DNA of 64,000 bases from Eutreptiella sp. 'Long Island Sound 2002' (lineage: Eukaryota > Protista > Euglenida): contig OZ038378.1 in assembly GCA_964036045.1 (NCBI GenBank), positions 53,072,001 to 53,136,000 of the forward strand, given 5' to 3'. A program made the position numbers and the translations under genes. Position 1 is the first letter of the stretch; every line of letters starts with the position of its first letter. Positions 63,201 through 64,000 of this stretch are shown in pieces. The notes below the pieces were generated by a model that was given only the letters and a program-made list of their open reading frames with translations, was not told the DNA's origin and did no database searches.

Positions 63201-64000
63201 ACAAGAGGCTGCATTGTTTAAACCTTTAACAAATGGGGGTTCTATGTCAACCCCCAAAGAGCACCTCGCACGAGAACATTTTTTCATTGCACATGGTGTT
63301 GTCTACTTCAAGGACTGGCTCTCCCACAAGCCCTCAATTATCTGCCCCATAACAAGAGCTTCATGCTTCAGTTCTTAGCAAGTGAGGGTTTCATGTAGAA
63401 CCCCAAATACTACCTCGCACCAAAACTTTTCTTCATCACTGTTGGTGTTGTCTACTTAGAGCAATGCACCTACAAGCAGCGCTCCGCTATCCACCCCGAA
63501 AGAGGGGCCCATTGTTTCCGATTTTCACTACTAGATATTCTATGTAAAGCCCCTAGTATTACCTCGCACCACAAGGTTTTTTCATTGGCATTGGTGTTGT
63601 CTACTTAGAGTGCCGGAACTTGAATGAGCGTTTGATTATCTGCCAAACAAGAGGATGCATTGTTTAAACTTTTAACAAATAGGGGTTCTATGTCAACCCC
63701 CAAAGAGCACCTCGCACTAGAACATTTTTTCATTGCACATGGTGTTGTCTACTTCGAGGACTAGCCCTCAATTATCTGCCAGATAACAAAGGTCCTGTGC
63801 TTGAGTTCTCAGCAAGTGGGGTTTTCATGTATAACCACGAATACCACCTCGCACCAAAACTTTTTCCATTACTATTGGTGTTGTCTACTTAGAGCACTAG
63901 AGTTTTCAGCTAAAACCTGAGCTATGAGCTCGCACCATGCAATTTTTTAATTGAAATGGGTGTTGTCTAGTGAGCGCACCAATCCTCCAAAGCGCGCTTG

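Larger units (their letters stand above)
45182..63481. repeat. Tandem segmental duplication, copy 2 (~18.3 kb, single HOR copy, plus a 1.23-kb local duplication)
   Basis: Collinear with copy 1, including all three insertions. M1 anchors occur only at 57152 and 59003. Homology ends at ACAAGCAGCG (45180 vs 63481). Confidence 0.85.
12502..64000. repeat. ~147-bp satellite array with strongly diverged monomers, interrupted by insertions; runs off the right edge
   Basis: Consensus approx. TTTTCATTGAAATTGGTGTTGTCTACTTAGAGCACTAGACCTCCAAAGTGCGCTCGACTATCCGCCCCAAAACAGGGGCCCACTATTTCCGTTTTTAACAAGTAGGGGTTCTATGTAAAGCCCCAAGTACTAGCTCTCACCATAAC. CATTGAAAT anchors at 13210, 13359 and 13507 give a 148-149 bp period. 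All monomers are co-oriented. Confidence 0.97.

Noticed and set aside
12502-64000. Repeat-spacer (CRISPR-like) reading of conserved boxes and variable stretches in the 147-bp satellite
   Set aside because: The variable stretches are homologous between monomers, so they are diverged satellite rather than acquired spacers.
1-64000. tRNA, rRNA, 5S or spliced-leader RNA genes
   Set aside because: I recognised no such sequence by eye; a covariance-model scan would be needed to exclude degenerate copies.

Overview
Gene-free, repeat-dominated eukaryotic window; I find no intact protein-coding gene, rRNA, tRNA or CRISPR array. Layout: (1) 1-6281, a 48-bp tandem satellite (~130 units) carrying the telomeric hexamer CCCTAA; (2) 6282-12501, decayed mobile DNA, including a non-LTR retrotransposon relic (APE + RT, possibly a GIY-YIG-like motif upstream) and a probable KDZ/Zisupton-type transposase relic, both on the minus strand; (3) 12502-64000, a ~147-bp satellite with nested periodicities: monomer, 13-mer higher-order repeat (HOR, ~1850 bp, 8 tandem copies), a 5546-bp triple-HOR unit, and a tandem segmental duplication (15114-45181 / 45182-63481) in which only the first copy has expanded the HOR. 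Three insertions interrupt the satellite, each present in both duplication copies: a 1.1-kb TIR element with an 8-bp target duplication, a 1.85-kb composite element and a 0.88-kb RT fragment. The dispersed repeats resemble, from memory only and unverified, euglenid (Eutreptiella-like) sequences. The top lead is that the 1.1-kb element plus its target duplication fits the euglenid nonconventional-intron geometry, so splicing would restore the target exactly. All motif calls were made by eye.
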